This document shows, piece by piece, positions 1 to 12,984 of a stretch of 64,000 bases of DNA. Each line of letters opens with the position of its first letter. Positions within the stretch are counted from its first letter, which is position 1. A program made the translations under genes and the position numbers. The stretch lies in assembly GCF_001194135.2 (NCBI RefSeq), contig NC_068983.1:31755858-31819857 (forward strand), written 5' to 3'. The stretch comes from Octopus bimaculoides (Eukaryota). The notes below the pieces were generated by a model. It was given only the letters and a program-made list of their open reading frames with translations. It did no database searches and had not been told where the DNA came from.

Positions 1-1229
1 CACACACCATCAACATTTCTCTGTCTCGCACACCCCATCAAACATACACATATGCACGCACATCAATTCTTCTGTCTCATGCCAACTTCAAAAGAAGTTC
101 AGTCATAAAACTGTCCACGTCTGTTTTCATTTGATGCCCACTTCAAAAGATCCCCTTTCCCCAAAACACATATTAAAAAAATATTTTCACTTGTCCGGCC
201 ATTGATCGAGAGATAAAACACAAACCACCTCCTGCTGACTGCAAAACTCTCGCCAAATTAGCCACAAAAAACACACACACAAACACACGTCCATTTCATA
301 TGTCTCACTTTCTCTATGATTATACACATGTCTTTAATTTATAAATTTTGTCTTGCTTCATGAGACTATTGGTCTTGAAACAAGGTATCCATTTGATGCT
401 GCTTATGGACCATTTCTGCTGCATACTTCTCCAGAATTAGCCAGTGTGTAGTGCCTCCTCTCATTGCACATTCTGTCCTGAGTATACTCCTTAATAAGTG
501 TTCCTTTAATCTCCAAACTCTTACCATCTTCTCCGTTACACAATATTCTCTCCCAGCAGCTGTTATTGTGGGACATAGCATTCTACCACTTTCAGCTTAA
601 AACCAGCTTCATATTTCCTTTGTTTATGATTTGGAGCCATGAGCAGATTTTACAATAGCTAAAAACTAATGTTCACTCAATGACGACTTGAGCCTTTACA
701 AGAAACCTTGTCTGTAAATGCTTAAAAGTAACCGGCAACTGTAAGTTTTATTGTGATTGATCTGACTGAAATGAACTAGTCAATCACAGAAGGTACCAGC
801 ACATGCTGCAAATCTTCTGTAACAGGTAGGTTAGTTACCATAAACTACACTTGTCCTAAAAGCCCTTGGCTGGCTGAGTGCTGCATGAGAGGCAGTGTAA
901 ATGAGATGGTGTAAACAGAACAGACCCTGAATGAGCTGATTGTTTACATTTTCTGTTCATCAGCTGTTGCAAATGGTGACTGGTGTCTGTCCACTAAGTT
1001 TGCTGTGCAGTTATTTTAATATAATCTTACTATTAATCCAGCTTCCAAAACATACATGTAAGTATCAGTAGAAAGTACAGAATTGTAGAACCATAGGATA
1101 TATGCGAGTGCTTTACAGTTCTCCATTGTCATTGGTGCTATTCTAAACCACAGGAAGTTCACGTGCAGATTTTATACAGGGTATATAAGATGACCCCTAG
1201 TTTTGTGGCGATTTTTTTTAAAAGTTCAA

Positions 1230-2860
1230 ATTCCATCCTGAAAAGAGGCATGGAAGTACTACTATAAAAGGTTATTAAAAGTAGAGAATGCATGAGAGAA
1301 AGAGGGTCTTCTCAATGCAGACCCAACAGAGGGACCAGTCATCCTAGTTGACAGCAGTGTGATATATAAAGCAATGAAGGAAACAAAGACAGGAAAAGTC
1401 CCTAGTCCATGAGGATTCACCAGTGAGATGCTTAAGATATTAGACAGAATAGGATGTGGCCTAGTCAGCCATATAGTAAATCAGGTTGTACAGGAAGGTG
1501 TCATACTCAATGACTGGTGTAGCAGCATCATAGTCGGCTATTACAAGGGTAAAGGAGATGGCTTAAGAGTAGTTACAAATCTATCAAAATGCTGCACCAG
1601 ATCACGAAGTTACAAAGAGAGTTATAGTCCAATTAATTAGGAACAGAATTAGATTAGATGTAGTTTGGTTTTGTGCCAGTGAAAAGTACTATCAATGCCA
1701 CCTTCCTAGTAAGTTAACTGCAGAAGTATTTAACTAAAAGTAAACCATTGTACTTGGCATTCATCAACTTGGAGAAAGACTTCAATAGAGTCCCTTGCTT
1801 TGTGATCTAGAGGTCACTACAGAAGCTAGGAGCAGACAAATAGCTTGTGAGAGCCAGCCATGAGTGCAGCCACAAATTTAGAGTACAGGTAGAGGTTCAC
1901 CAGGGATCAGTACTCAGTCTTCTTCCACTCGGCCTCTTGATATGCTTGATATGTAGGATAGGTGTAGGCAGGAATTTCATTCAGTGTACGCACAGGGAGG
2001 TTAATGGAGGAAGTAGTGTTTTTGTGTGTGGAAGATACACAGGAACCATAAAGTCTAAAGATACATGGAAAATTGATTTTCTCAAATGCTCCAGATACTC
2101 TCTAGAGGTTGTAGGTAATTTATGTTACCTAATCAGCAGTGGAGGATGGGTCTTCTCAAGCTTAGCATGGTGCTAAATATATTGGTCCTTTGTCATCTCC
2201 TTTGCAAGGCTAAGTGTTTTGAAATTAGCCTTCAATATTTCATCCCATATCTTCTTGGGTTTCCCTCTTCCACAAGTTCCATTCACTTTAAGTGATCAGC
2301 ACTTCTTTATGCAACTTCCAAAAGTATAATTACTAGAATACGATGGGAAATATTCAAAGAACTTTTACCTGTGTTGGTAACCAAAAGTCTCTCTCCGAGT
2401 GAAAAGAAGATTGTATGATGCCTGTGTACAAACAACAATGCTACGTGGTATTGAGACATGGGTCCTAAATGTAGAGGGCTCATGAAGATTAGAGAGGAAT
2501 GAAGCTAGTATGCGCCATTGGATGTGTAATATCGGTGTACATGTACAACAGAATAGTGTATTGAGAGAAAAGGTAGGCATAAGAGGAATTAGGCACAGTG
2601 TGCAAGAGAAGCTGCACTGGTTCAGTTATGTGATGTGTATGTATGAAGACAGTAGCATAAAGAAGTACTGATCACTTAAAGTGAATGGAACTTGTGGAAG
2701 AGGGAAACCCAGGAAGATATGGGATGAAATATTGAAGGCCAATTTCAAAACACTAAGCCTTGCAAAGGAGATGACAAAGACCAAGATATCTAGCAAATAT
2801 GACAAAGACCAAGATATCGTGCTGAGCTTGAGAAGACCCATCCTCCACTACAGAATCAAT
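1230..2860 (+). mobile_element. Decayed RTE-clade LINE, RT and 3' part, with internal inverted duplication
   Basis: Fragments YKGKGD, VHQGSVLS, VFVCGR..G, CYL..SSGG, GRGKPRKIWDE; many stops and frameshifts. Boundaries approximate. Confidence 0.8.
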
Positions 2861-3789
2861 ATCCTAAAACCAACTTGGTAAATGCTTGTAATTGTGGAGC
2901 ACTGCCCAACCTCTATTCTCACTGCTCTTCCAAACTTACTCTACATCTCATTCCCTAACACTCGTCATTTCTCTATCTCTGGTATTATTTGGCTATCATA
3001 ATCACTCGAGAGTAAAATAGGCACAAACTACATCCCCTCCCTTTCATTTCCTTCCCCCACCCCCACCCACTTCAGAACTACTTCCATTCCTCATTAACTT
3101 CATCCAGCCAAGCTCTCTCCTCTCTGCTATGCACTATCCTTAACACCTCTTTTGTCTACAGTCACTCTCAATGCCCTCACATATCTAACATGACTCCTCC
3201 TTTTGAGCCATTCCTATATCTCTCAATTATAATCACTTCTATCCCATCTAACCATCTCTCCTCACATTCTTATGACCTTTTCCCTTCTCTCCCCACTATC
3301 CATTCACCCAGTCCAATCTTCTGTATCACTTCAGCTATATTCATCTCCGCCACAAATGTATTTTGAGGGTGTATCCTGACATATAACCACTGCCATCTCT
3401 TTCACTCTATCCCAACTGGAGTATATTTGTATCTCTATAACAGCAAAACACCCATCTCTATCCCTCTATTATTCTTTTAACCTACCATGAACTGGCACAA
3501 AGTCAGCTCTCTCAGTACTAATTCCCCAAGAAAAGAGGACTTTGTCTTGAAAGTTATTTGGTGACCCCTGCCAATGACAGTGTCATGAAAATAGCACCCA
3601 GGGCACTCTGTTAAGTGGTTGGCATAGAAACCATACCAAAACAAACAATAGAGCTTGAAACAGCCCTCCAGCTTGCTAGCTCTAGTCAAATCCTCCAACC
3701 CATGCTAGTATGGAAAACAATGACATCTCAACTTAACAGATATATTTACCAAAATTACATTAAAATATCTTGAAATACTAAAGTGTAAA

Positions 3790-4340
3790 TTTATTCAATA
3801 AAATCGCCACTGGCTTCAACCACGGCCTCCAGACAACTTCGGAATCTCCTGCAACTCTTCTGGACAGTCTCCTTGTTTAAGTTGGTGAATGCTGCCATAA
3901 TCCTTGCCTTCAGTTCATCTTTGGAGTTACAAGGAATTTTGTTGGTCTCTCACTCAACTGCACTCCTCACATAAAAATCAAGGGGGTTGCAGTCAGGGGA
4001 GTTAGGTGGCCAGATGTTAGGGGTGATGTAGTTGCAGAAATTACCTGGTAGCCATGACTGGCTTCTCCTGCTTGTGTAGCATGGTACAGAGTCCTGTTGC
4101 CAGACATAGAGTCTTCCAACAGCCACCCCCTTGACCCAGGGCAGCACTACCTCCTTCAGGCACTTGATGTAGGCCTCCATGTTAAGTCTGAGGCCATGTG
4201 GGAAGATAAATGGAGGCATAACATCGCATTCACTAGTGATCATTCCAAACACCATGATGTTGACTGGATGTTTGATTTTTATCACTCTTGGTACGTATCC
4301 TCAGAATTGCGCTGCGCTCAGATTGACACCCAAACACTCT
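3790..4340 (-). mobile_element. Tc1/mariner transposase fragment, DD37D (maT-type)
   Basis: ORF 3950-4285 contains WQQD-x37-D with WPPNSPDCNPLD; I counted 37 residues between the two Asp. Confidence 0.85.
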
Positions 4341-4554
4341 GAAATTCTCATATTGGTGCTTCTAGCATGAATACCAAGCAGTACAGCATGCCATTTCTAA
4401 ATTTCTAGCAGAGTGAATAGTGTCATGGTGCTGTTTTTCTCACAGACAGTGCTCAACTGACCCTACTATATTGTGTAGTGAACAAAATCAAAAATAAACA
4501 ATGCACATGCACGAAATTAGAAATATAGAATGGCAACAATTTACTCATCACACC

Positions 4555-4585
<31 letters not shown>

Positions 4586-5748
4586 AGGAGAGAGTGGAAT
4601 ATTCATTATCCATAAGCTTGAGTTTCACTTGTTACTCTGGTGTTTCAAGTTACTAAATTCTGAGCCATTGATTAAATTTTTTTATTAGTAGAAATAAGTA
4701 AATGGAGCCCAGTCAGTTCAAACAATACAGACCCCAGTTATTCAATCAGCCAAACTTCCTATTTACTAAGTATTCCACAGATACCTGTACCTTTAATGCA
4801 ATTCATAGACAGAAACAACTGAAATCACACAGAAATGATAATTTGTGATTGTGATCATGATAATGAGTCCACATTACAATGTGACAAGATTGGTCCTTTC
4901 AGTAACAGGTACATTTTATCTAATGGACTTTCACTTATTCTCTTATCAATTCAATTCATAAGATGCCACTCAGTACAATAGTATTCAGCGTATCATGATT
5001 GCAGAATGATAACCACTTGAACATGCTTGCATCCAATAATTTATAGGTAAACAGGTGGGTGTATAAACAGGCAGCTAGTTTTGTATCAGCTTTTCATTCA
5101 ACCATTAAATACATGACTATCTCGGTATTTTCAATATTTCTTTATTAGTCCTTTATATTTGATTTGGAACAACAATGTTCCTAAATCCATGGTCTGATAT
5201 TTCAAGAGTTTCACAACCTCATTTTCAAATGAAGCTGCTGCAATAGCATGTAGTCTGCACAGTGACTAAGTTACAAAGGGTGTTGGCACGTCATTTCACA
5301 TGGCTCTACACTACCTCAACTGAAAATGAATACCAGTTGAATGCTATTGTAGCCCTCTCTCCTCCCAGCTGCTATAACCTCAGTATTTTATTGCATCAAG
5401 GGTAGGAGAGCTGAGAGGGTGTCTATACATGATTGTGGCTATATAGGTACATAAAACAATTTAGCAAAATTTTGGTACAAGCTATCAAGTCATACTTGCT
5501 TACAAGTGACAGCCAAGTACTGTGTGTGTGTGTGTGTGTGAATAAAACCATGTCCATTTCTTTCTCCATGTTTGCAAGGGATGATTGGAACTTATCAGGA
5601 CCAGAACACTTTCTGTCACCAACCCTCACTTGTTTCCAAGCAAAGTAACATTTCCTCATGGCTAGACATGTTTTCATACAATACTGGAAATACTCATTTA
5701 CACTATCATGTGATGTCAAGTCAAGGAGACAAACATACACATACCCAT

Positions 5749-5790
<42 letters not shown>

Positions 5791-5970
5791 GCCTGTAACC
5801 ATATAGCTTCAAGCACGAATCTGTAATGCAGTGGTTTGGAAAAGTGAACTGATCAATGACTTTAAGTGAAATTGAGAGGCAGAAACTGTGGAAAAACTTG
5901 TCCTATATATTATACACACACTCATGCACACATACATAAATGTGTGTTTGCATGTGCATTTGTTTGTTTC

Positions 5971-6007
<37 letters not shown>

Positions 6008-6228
6008 ATATACAAGGGTAAGAAGTGTAGGAAGTTTGTAAGCTTCAAGCAGTCCATGGTAGGTGTAGAGAACAAAACGTGAACAGTGCACGATAAAGAA
6101 CAATAATTTACTGGCACTGAAAGTTACACATTTTTTCCCATACTGAAATTACGAGGAAATTTGATAAGCTTATAGTTTCTTTATAACTCACAGTTAGCCA
6201 CAAGAGTTGTTACAAATGCAAATAAAAA

Positions 6229-6480
6229 TCCAATTTGAGGGAGTAGACAGGGTAAAATGCAAGCTATATATGTTTCTTAACCAGCTGATCCTCTGTTATA
6301 ACAGTTACTAAACGAGAGGTGTTCAACTTATCTAATCATCGGGCCCTACATTTAATTAAGGTAACATCGGCCTGATAATTAGTTAAGCACTCCTTGTTGA
6401 GTAACTATCACATCAGAGGATCAGTTGGCTAAGATACATATGTAGCCTGCATTTTACCCGTTCCACTCCCTCATTTTGGA
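6229..6480. mobile_element. MITE-like element with 67-bp terminal inverted repeats
   Basis: 6229-6295 versus the reverse complement of 6414-6480: 57/67 identical by hand alignment. Confidence 0.75.
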
Positions 6481-8726
6481 TGTATACACACACGCATTTA
6501 CATATATGGCTGGCTGTGTTGTATTTTAACACTGGGAATAGAAAATTATCAATAAATGAATATGTACCGGGAAGCCTCAACATCATCGTTCTAATTACCA
6601 AAAATAGCAACTAAATCACACTCTTCTCTCTCTAAAGAGAAAAAAAAGTAAGGACGTATACGACAACCTCCACCGTGTTCTTACTTTTTTAATAAGGCAG
6701 AATGTTATTCGGTGAAGATTTTGCTGTTATTTCTGGCAAATAGCGATTGCGAAGAAGCTACATCATTTGATCGGAAGCTGTTAATTTTTGTCATACATAC
6801 ACTATAATTGAAAATGACAGGATAGTCACGCTTGGAAAGCCTTTAATTATAGGTCTGGTGACCCAACAAGTATTGTTCTGTATATCTTTTGTCATTAACC
6901 CGAAATAGAAAAAAGATAGATTTGACATGAGTATGAATGTGCATTGGGAGTTATAAACAAATTTACGTACGTACAATATAAAAGGATACCTGACAGGCAT
7001 CGATATGTACAGGGTTACAAAATCTTTGTATGTAAATGTGTTCATGGAAAAGTCAAGCTCTATATAAACCGGAACAGCGAACCGGTTTTTATTGCTAGCA
7101 GAAACTCGTTTATGTCGGTTTCGTATCGCTTTAGAAAGCAATGGACATCACAATTCTTCAGAAGCATATTTCCAAGTTTTTATGCCTTCGTTAGAAGCAA
7201 CTAGTGTGCGTACGTGTAGGTGTCTATAACCTCGTTTAAGGTCGAAATAAAATCAAGTGTCGATATATTTATTTCAAATATCGATTATACGTGATACAAC
7301 AATAACAGCAGCACCAGCGGTGAATAATTAATTCTTTTCACTATGCACGAACACCACCAAAGACTAGTTTCTCCTGAAAGACGATAGATTTTCTACTCAT
7401 TTCTTTCCAGTGTATAACAGAATCGGAATTCGGTCTCTGTAGTTATTGTAACTCAATAATCACAATACAGATTTCGCAGAATAAACACAAGGTCTCGAGT
7501 ATACAAGACACAAGAAACGAGTCTGTGGGGCGCTCATGCCTTTTGTCAAGGACATTAACAGCAAAGAAAAGTGAGGTGAAAGAGTTACCAGCAAGAATCG
7601 AAACTAGGTCGCAGATTTTCTCGCCTCGAGCTTGACACTAGCAGTTGTAGGCGAGTTTCCTAAGACGGTTTGGTTTGGCAGAGGGTTTCGACCGCTGATA
7701 ATGAAACTGAATTTTCACTTTGGCATCGAACACAACTATGCAGGATAAGAAAATCGTCAATACTGAATCAACCTCCATACAAGCCTGGTACTAATTTTAT
7801 CGATCCCGAGGAATGAAAGAAAGAGTTGACTCCACCACTAGGGCGATAAAAAGGAGAGATACAGCATTGACTGAACAAGAAAGAAATACTGTCAGCGAAT
7901 ACAAATAAGATTTTAAACGTCAATCACAACATATAGAATTGTTAATGATTTGCACGGAGAGGGTGGGGGCGAAGTTAGTCATTCGAAGAGGACCAGGGTA
8001 CACTAAAACATGGATCGCTTCAGCTCTTGGTAAAACAGTCACCTCCTACCAGCCTCATAGGCTGAAACCATTCAGCTGGACCACATTATTCCTACTATTG
8101 TTACGGCCTCTTGTGTTTATGAAATTACTGTAACATCATGACTTCTTCTGTTGAAATTGAAGTTAGATTTTTAAGATTCGTTGGCGACAAAATTACAAGC
8201 CCTTCGAACCCTTTTAGTTTTGGCCACCATAACTTCTTTCGCTGTAGCCGTCGTGGGTGAGTATCTGGGCACAAGGCTAACTTTTAGAAGAGACAAATAG
8301 AGTTGATTGAATCGTTTCTAATATATTACAGGTGAGTATTTTATCGACCCTAAGAGATGAGATACGTCGTTCCTGTTGTGATTTAACCACCCAGCACAGA
8401 AGGACAAGACTAAAAACTGCAAAGTATTTGATCCGATGGTTTTTTATAGCCTAAGATATCCTCCCAGATATAATCATTTTTGGTCACAAGGCTACAGAGA
8501 ACAGAAATGAGACTATGTGACATTGATACCTTTCTTGATTGTATTAACGATGTAAGTGAAATCGACTACAAGCTGGAGTGGAAACTGGGTCGCGAACTCA
8601 GCTCACCGGAGTTTACCTTTAAAGTTAGTCTATGGCTCTTGCCAGAACTACAAAATAATAACAAGTGTCAATGAGGGGTTATGGTAGTGTAGTGAAGAAG
8701 GAAAAAAGAATATAAGTTGGTCTTAC

Positions 8727-8823
8727 CTTCTGCAATGACGTCTTCCACAGTGACAACATATCTACCCAAGGAGAAGACTTTGCCGACATGACCGGCTGGT
8801 TGGGTGGAAAAAAACTTTTTCAT
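8727..8823 (-). CDS. AAK1: First coding exon of AP2-associated kinase 1 / BMP2K-like (Numb-associated kinase family); gene continues left beyond the window
   Basis: Reverse complement reads MKKFFSTQPAGHVGKVFSLGRYVVTVEDVIAEG, matching the recalled AAK1 N-terminus (MKKFF...[22 protein letters not shown]). It ends at a phase-1 donor G|GTAAGA inside the kinase Gly-loop. An in-frame TAA lies upstream with no intervening in-frame ATG. AAK1 and BMP2K cannot be distinguished from this exon alone. Confidence 0.88.
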
Positions 8824-10735
8824 TCTAGAATTAGATCTGTGGCGTTGTTGTCTAAGAGAAGAGACAGTTTCGTCGGTAGAGTTGGTATAATAGTGATGGT
8901 AATGTTGATGATGCTGTTACACAGTCCATCAGACATGGGAAGTTGTGGTAGTAATGTTGATGTTACGTCCATCAGAAGAGGGAGGATATGGTGATAATTG
9001 TGATTGAATGTGTGAAATGTAGAAAGAAATCCGATACATCTATTTCAAGACACGGTCAACAAAACAGAAAAAAACGAAAACGAGATGGGGAAAGAGGAAG
9101 AGAGAGAAGATTAACACGTAAAATCGTGGTGGTGATTGTGTTGTCGTTGTTCTTGAGGTTGTTGTGAGGAAGAGAGAGAAAAATACACACAAACTAGGGG
9201 GAGAGAGATAACAGATATGGTTGTGATATCTGTTCAAATGGTTGTCAGTGCTATAAAGAGAGGGGCAAGTAGAGAGCAAAGATAGAGTAACACGCAGAGA
9301 GATGGTTGCTATTGCGGTAGAGAGATGGAGAGAGGTTAGATCTTCGGGGAAATGTTCTTTACAAGAAGTTATACTAAAGTCTCTCCCCACTAAAATAAAG
9401 AGGGTGACGAAAAAGTGAAAACAAATTAATATGTACGTTAGGGGCCCTGTTGTTGTGATGGTGGAGAGTATTAGTGGTAATAGTTCTGGTGTTGTGGTTG
9501 CAGTTAGTATGGTTGACGTGGTGTTGGTGTGGACAGCAGTGACAACAAAGTAAAATAGGCGGAGGTGATAGAGGATTAGAAAGAGAAGCATCGATTCTTG
9601 TCTCTCCAGACATCACTTCTAAACAGGTCTTTTAGGTCATCAAACCAACACCCACCCCCACGAAAAGAACCATTATGATCCTAGTCTTGTCTGTTTATAT
9701 ATGTCTATGGGTCTGGATGTGTGCCTACGTTTTGCAAGTGAATGTATCTGTTACTGAGTCTGCGTGCGCCAGTATCTATGTACTAAGTATAGGTAAAAGT
9801 AGTAGGTGTATAATGCCGAGTATAAACTGGAGATCGTTCCCTCCCTCTTACTCTCTTTTTCGCCAACACTCACACATACACACTTCCTCCCACTAACGCT
9901 CGTTATATATATATTCTTTACAATCCGTAAAACCTCGCGTCAATGTCGAAGTCAAACCATAAATTCCAGCAACTAGAACCACTGCTACTGTCTTTCCAAA
10001 GACATTTCCTGTTGCTTCGCCTACAGTCACTTCCGTTTGGCGCAATATTACAGCTTCTGTTGATACTTACAACACTAACGCACTCACATTTCATAATTTT
10101 GGTTTTTTTCTTTTTTTTTTATAAATTGCTTTCTCTTCGGTTTTCGTAGTGTAACTGTTACTTTGGTTTCTTTTGCTTGTTGTATTTTTTTCTTTAAAAA
10201 ATGTGTTGTTGTTGTTGTTGTCCCTCTCTCTCTCTTGTTTGTTTTTCTCTTGTCACGCTGTTATTTCAAGACGATGTTGCCGATCATGATTATCACCCAA
10301 TGACTGCTGGCTGCTTGGTTTTAAAGCATTGTAGCCATGTTTGTAGGCAAGCTAGCCACGTTAAAAGCGAACGACAACTATATAAGACGACAGTAGGAGA
10401 AAATTATAAGGACTCATATGATAAAATAACCCGACCTACTATAGAACGTCGATGTTTTCCCAACTCTTTCCTCGTGTATCCGTTCCCTAATAGCTCGGTC
10501 GGATGGTAAATGGGTGGGTGGTCAGCTCTACTTCAAAGCCTCACTTCAAATCTCACTAGGTTGAGATTTTAGAAAATAAAAAAAAATATTTATTACGTAC
10601 ATATTTTTTACCAATATATTTTATACCCTTTCCACTTGTTAAATAAAATATGGAGAGAAAATAGCATCATTTTTCTCTCTCTCCTTCCCGTATCTCCTCG
10701 CCGAGCCGTAACTGACCGAGTTAGTGTCAGACGAG
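8824..10735. promoter_or_regulatory. Divergent AAK1/ASH2L intergenic and 5'UTR region, probable bidirectional promoter
   Basis: The start codons are 1.9 kb apart head-to-head. CpGs are visibly retained compared with gene-body introns. Adjacent ETS-like CACTTCCG (10028-10035) and E2F-like TTTGGCGC (10036-10043). TSS positions are unknown. Confidence 0.6.
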
Positions 10736-10827
10736 ATGTCAACACCGGGAGTTGAGGCATCAAGCATGGCCGAGAATAACGAAGAAAAAACTATTCCTTT
10801 AGAACAAAATAATTCCGAAAATCAAAG
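10736..10827 (+). CDS. ASH2L: ASH2L coding exon 1 (MSTPGVEASSMAENNEEKTIPLEQNNSENQ)
   Basis: ATG at 10736 and donor AG|GTATCC (phase 2), compatible with exon 2. No homology support for this exon; the start could instead be the second Met. Confidence 0.7.
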
Positions 10828-12984
10828 GTATCCTCATATTTTCTTCAGTTTTTTTCATAGCCAACAATGTTTGATTGATTTATTGAGCATTGCATCGAAA
10901 AATGTATTCAAAACTAAAACAACTGTTATATGTATATATATATATACATTTATTAGTTTGTTTGGGTTGCCGCCACTTGTTTGGCTGGCCAGTGTTTGAA
11001 ATTGTAGAGCGGATCCATCAGTAAAATCTTCCCATTTATATTTAGTCGATTGTTTCTTCTTTAGCTCTATCATTTTCATTTATACTCACTCATTTTAGTT
11101 TTTCGATTCAATGTTTATAACATATTTTGTGTTTGAATTTCAGTTCAGTTTTTTTTTTCTTTTGGTTTGTTTACGAAACATATAAAGTTTATTACTACTA
11201 TTATTCCGAACTCTTTATTTTTTAGAAGCTGAATTAATACGTTCGATTATTTTGTTATAAAAGGAAAGAAAGTTGTGGCATTCATGCGTTTCTGAATATT
11301 CATTGCATCGTCGGTTTAAACAGTTCTAAATATTATTTAAAACAAGGATTGTACGCTTTCTTGGAGAAACTTAACCGCACAACGAAGCCGGTCACATTAC
11401 TAATACATATTCTACTTGAAGCTAAGTTGAATTAGTTAATGTTAAGGAATGACTAATTTGACTCGGGGATACCTGCTAAACAAAATATAATTTAGAGAAC
11501 AAATAATTACAATTGTTAACTTTTTTTCTCGTGAATTTGGATGATCGTGAAGTTTTCCTTTCAAAGTTGCGAGAGTGTTCAAAAGCTTGAAATACGAAAG
11601 ACTAAAACATGAGAAAATTTGCAAATATTTAGTGATCAAACATTTGCTAACACATAAACAACTAGTTTTCTGAAACTAGCATGGGCGCCAGTACATGGTG
11701 GTTAGGTCTGCTAGAAATAACAGCAGAATGTTGGACCCAGACACACTGAACAAAGGACTTGAACACCTTGTGTACGTTTAAGTGTTTCTTGCACGACGCG
11801 TGATAAAGCTGAATTAAAGAAACTATAATGTTAGTAAACTGTCAAAATAAGTGCCGGGATAATATTTACTTGTCACTTTTTAAAGTATTGGCGGCATAAT
11901 TTAAAGAGAAATTGAAACCAGTTCTCGTACTTGACTCGCAGTAAATTTATCTCGGTATCGAATTGTTCGACAAAATCTTAGATATGCCATCTCCAAAATT
12001 ACCGATATACTTCGCCTATTAGGCCAGAAATACTCTCCTGCCACCTGGTAAATTGGATGCCGTTAGCGATGACCTACGGAAGTTCAGGCTGGACATCAAC
12101 CACATTGATCACACCAATTCGGAAGGGCTTTGCTAAGGTTATGGGTTGTCGTTGTTGTCTCTCTTGTTACGCTGTTATTTCAATATAATGTTGCCAATCA
12201 TGATTATCATCCACTGACTGCTGGCTGTCGTGGAAGCAGTGCCTACAATTAAAAAGTGTAAAAAAAAATATATCTACCAAACTCAGTCGAAGAAAACAAA
12301 TACAGCTCCATTACTATCTCAGATGTGTCCAGAAACATAGTAGGGAATTCTATACAATGTACCTAATGTAAACTATGTATGCATGAGAGATACAGTGAGA
12401 TCGCAGGTTTAATGACAGAATGTTGCAGCTGAACGAGTGATAAGCAGTATTAGTACTAAGCTTTTGTTACCAAGGTAACCTAATCAACAGTGGAAGTGGA
12501 TGTTCCAAAAGCATAGTAACCAAGAGTTAGAACCGGGTGTAAAATGTTAAGAGAGCTATGACTGCAAGTAAGAAAGTGATTCTCTTGTAAAAAGCAGATC
12601 GTCAGGTATTTGTGCACAAAGTATGATGTTTCCTGGTAGTGAAATGTGCATTGAATGCAAAAGATGTATAAAAGCTAGAAAGTGATGAACCAAACATACT
12701 TTAGTGTACATAAATATTGGGACAAAAACTGAGAGGAAACCTGGAATAAGAAGAATCAAATGCACTGTACAAAAGAAATACTGCAAGACATGATGTTTTT
12801 GGTGGTTGACAGTGAGTGAATAAATACCAAGGAGTTTACTAGAAGAAATACATTTAAGAGAAAGGCATGGAAAGAAGTGAAGGCTGATATCATGATGCTG
12901 AACCTTACTAAGACAATGACTGACAAGTGGCAAGACATGGTGCTAGAGAAGACCTCTAAAACCCAAACAAGCATGGTAAAAGCA

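Noticed and set aside
1-8726. Further AAK1 exons (expected to begin GF(A/S)...)
   Set aside because: No matching phase-1 exon was found by eye on the minus strand; probably outside the window.
9040-9591. 183-aa minus-strand ORF as a separate gene
   Set aside because: Low-complexity Thr/Leu/Phe content from CA/CT-rich sequence and no domain; kept only as part of the uORF observation.
10724-10999. 91-aa ORF with a GTG start
   Set aside because: ASH2L exon 1 read through into the intron; no support for the GTG start.
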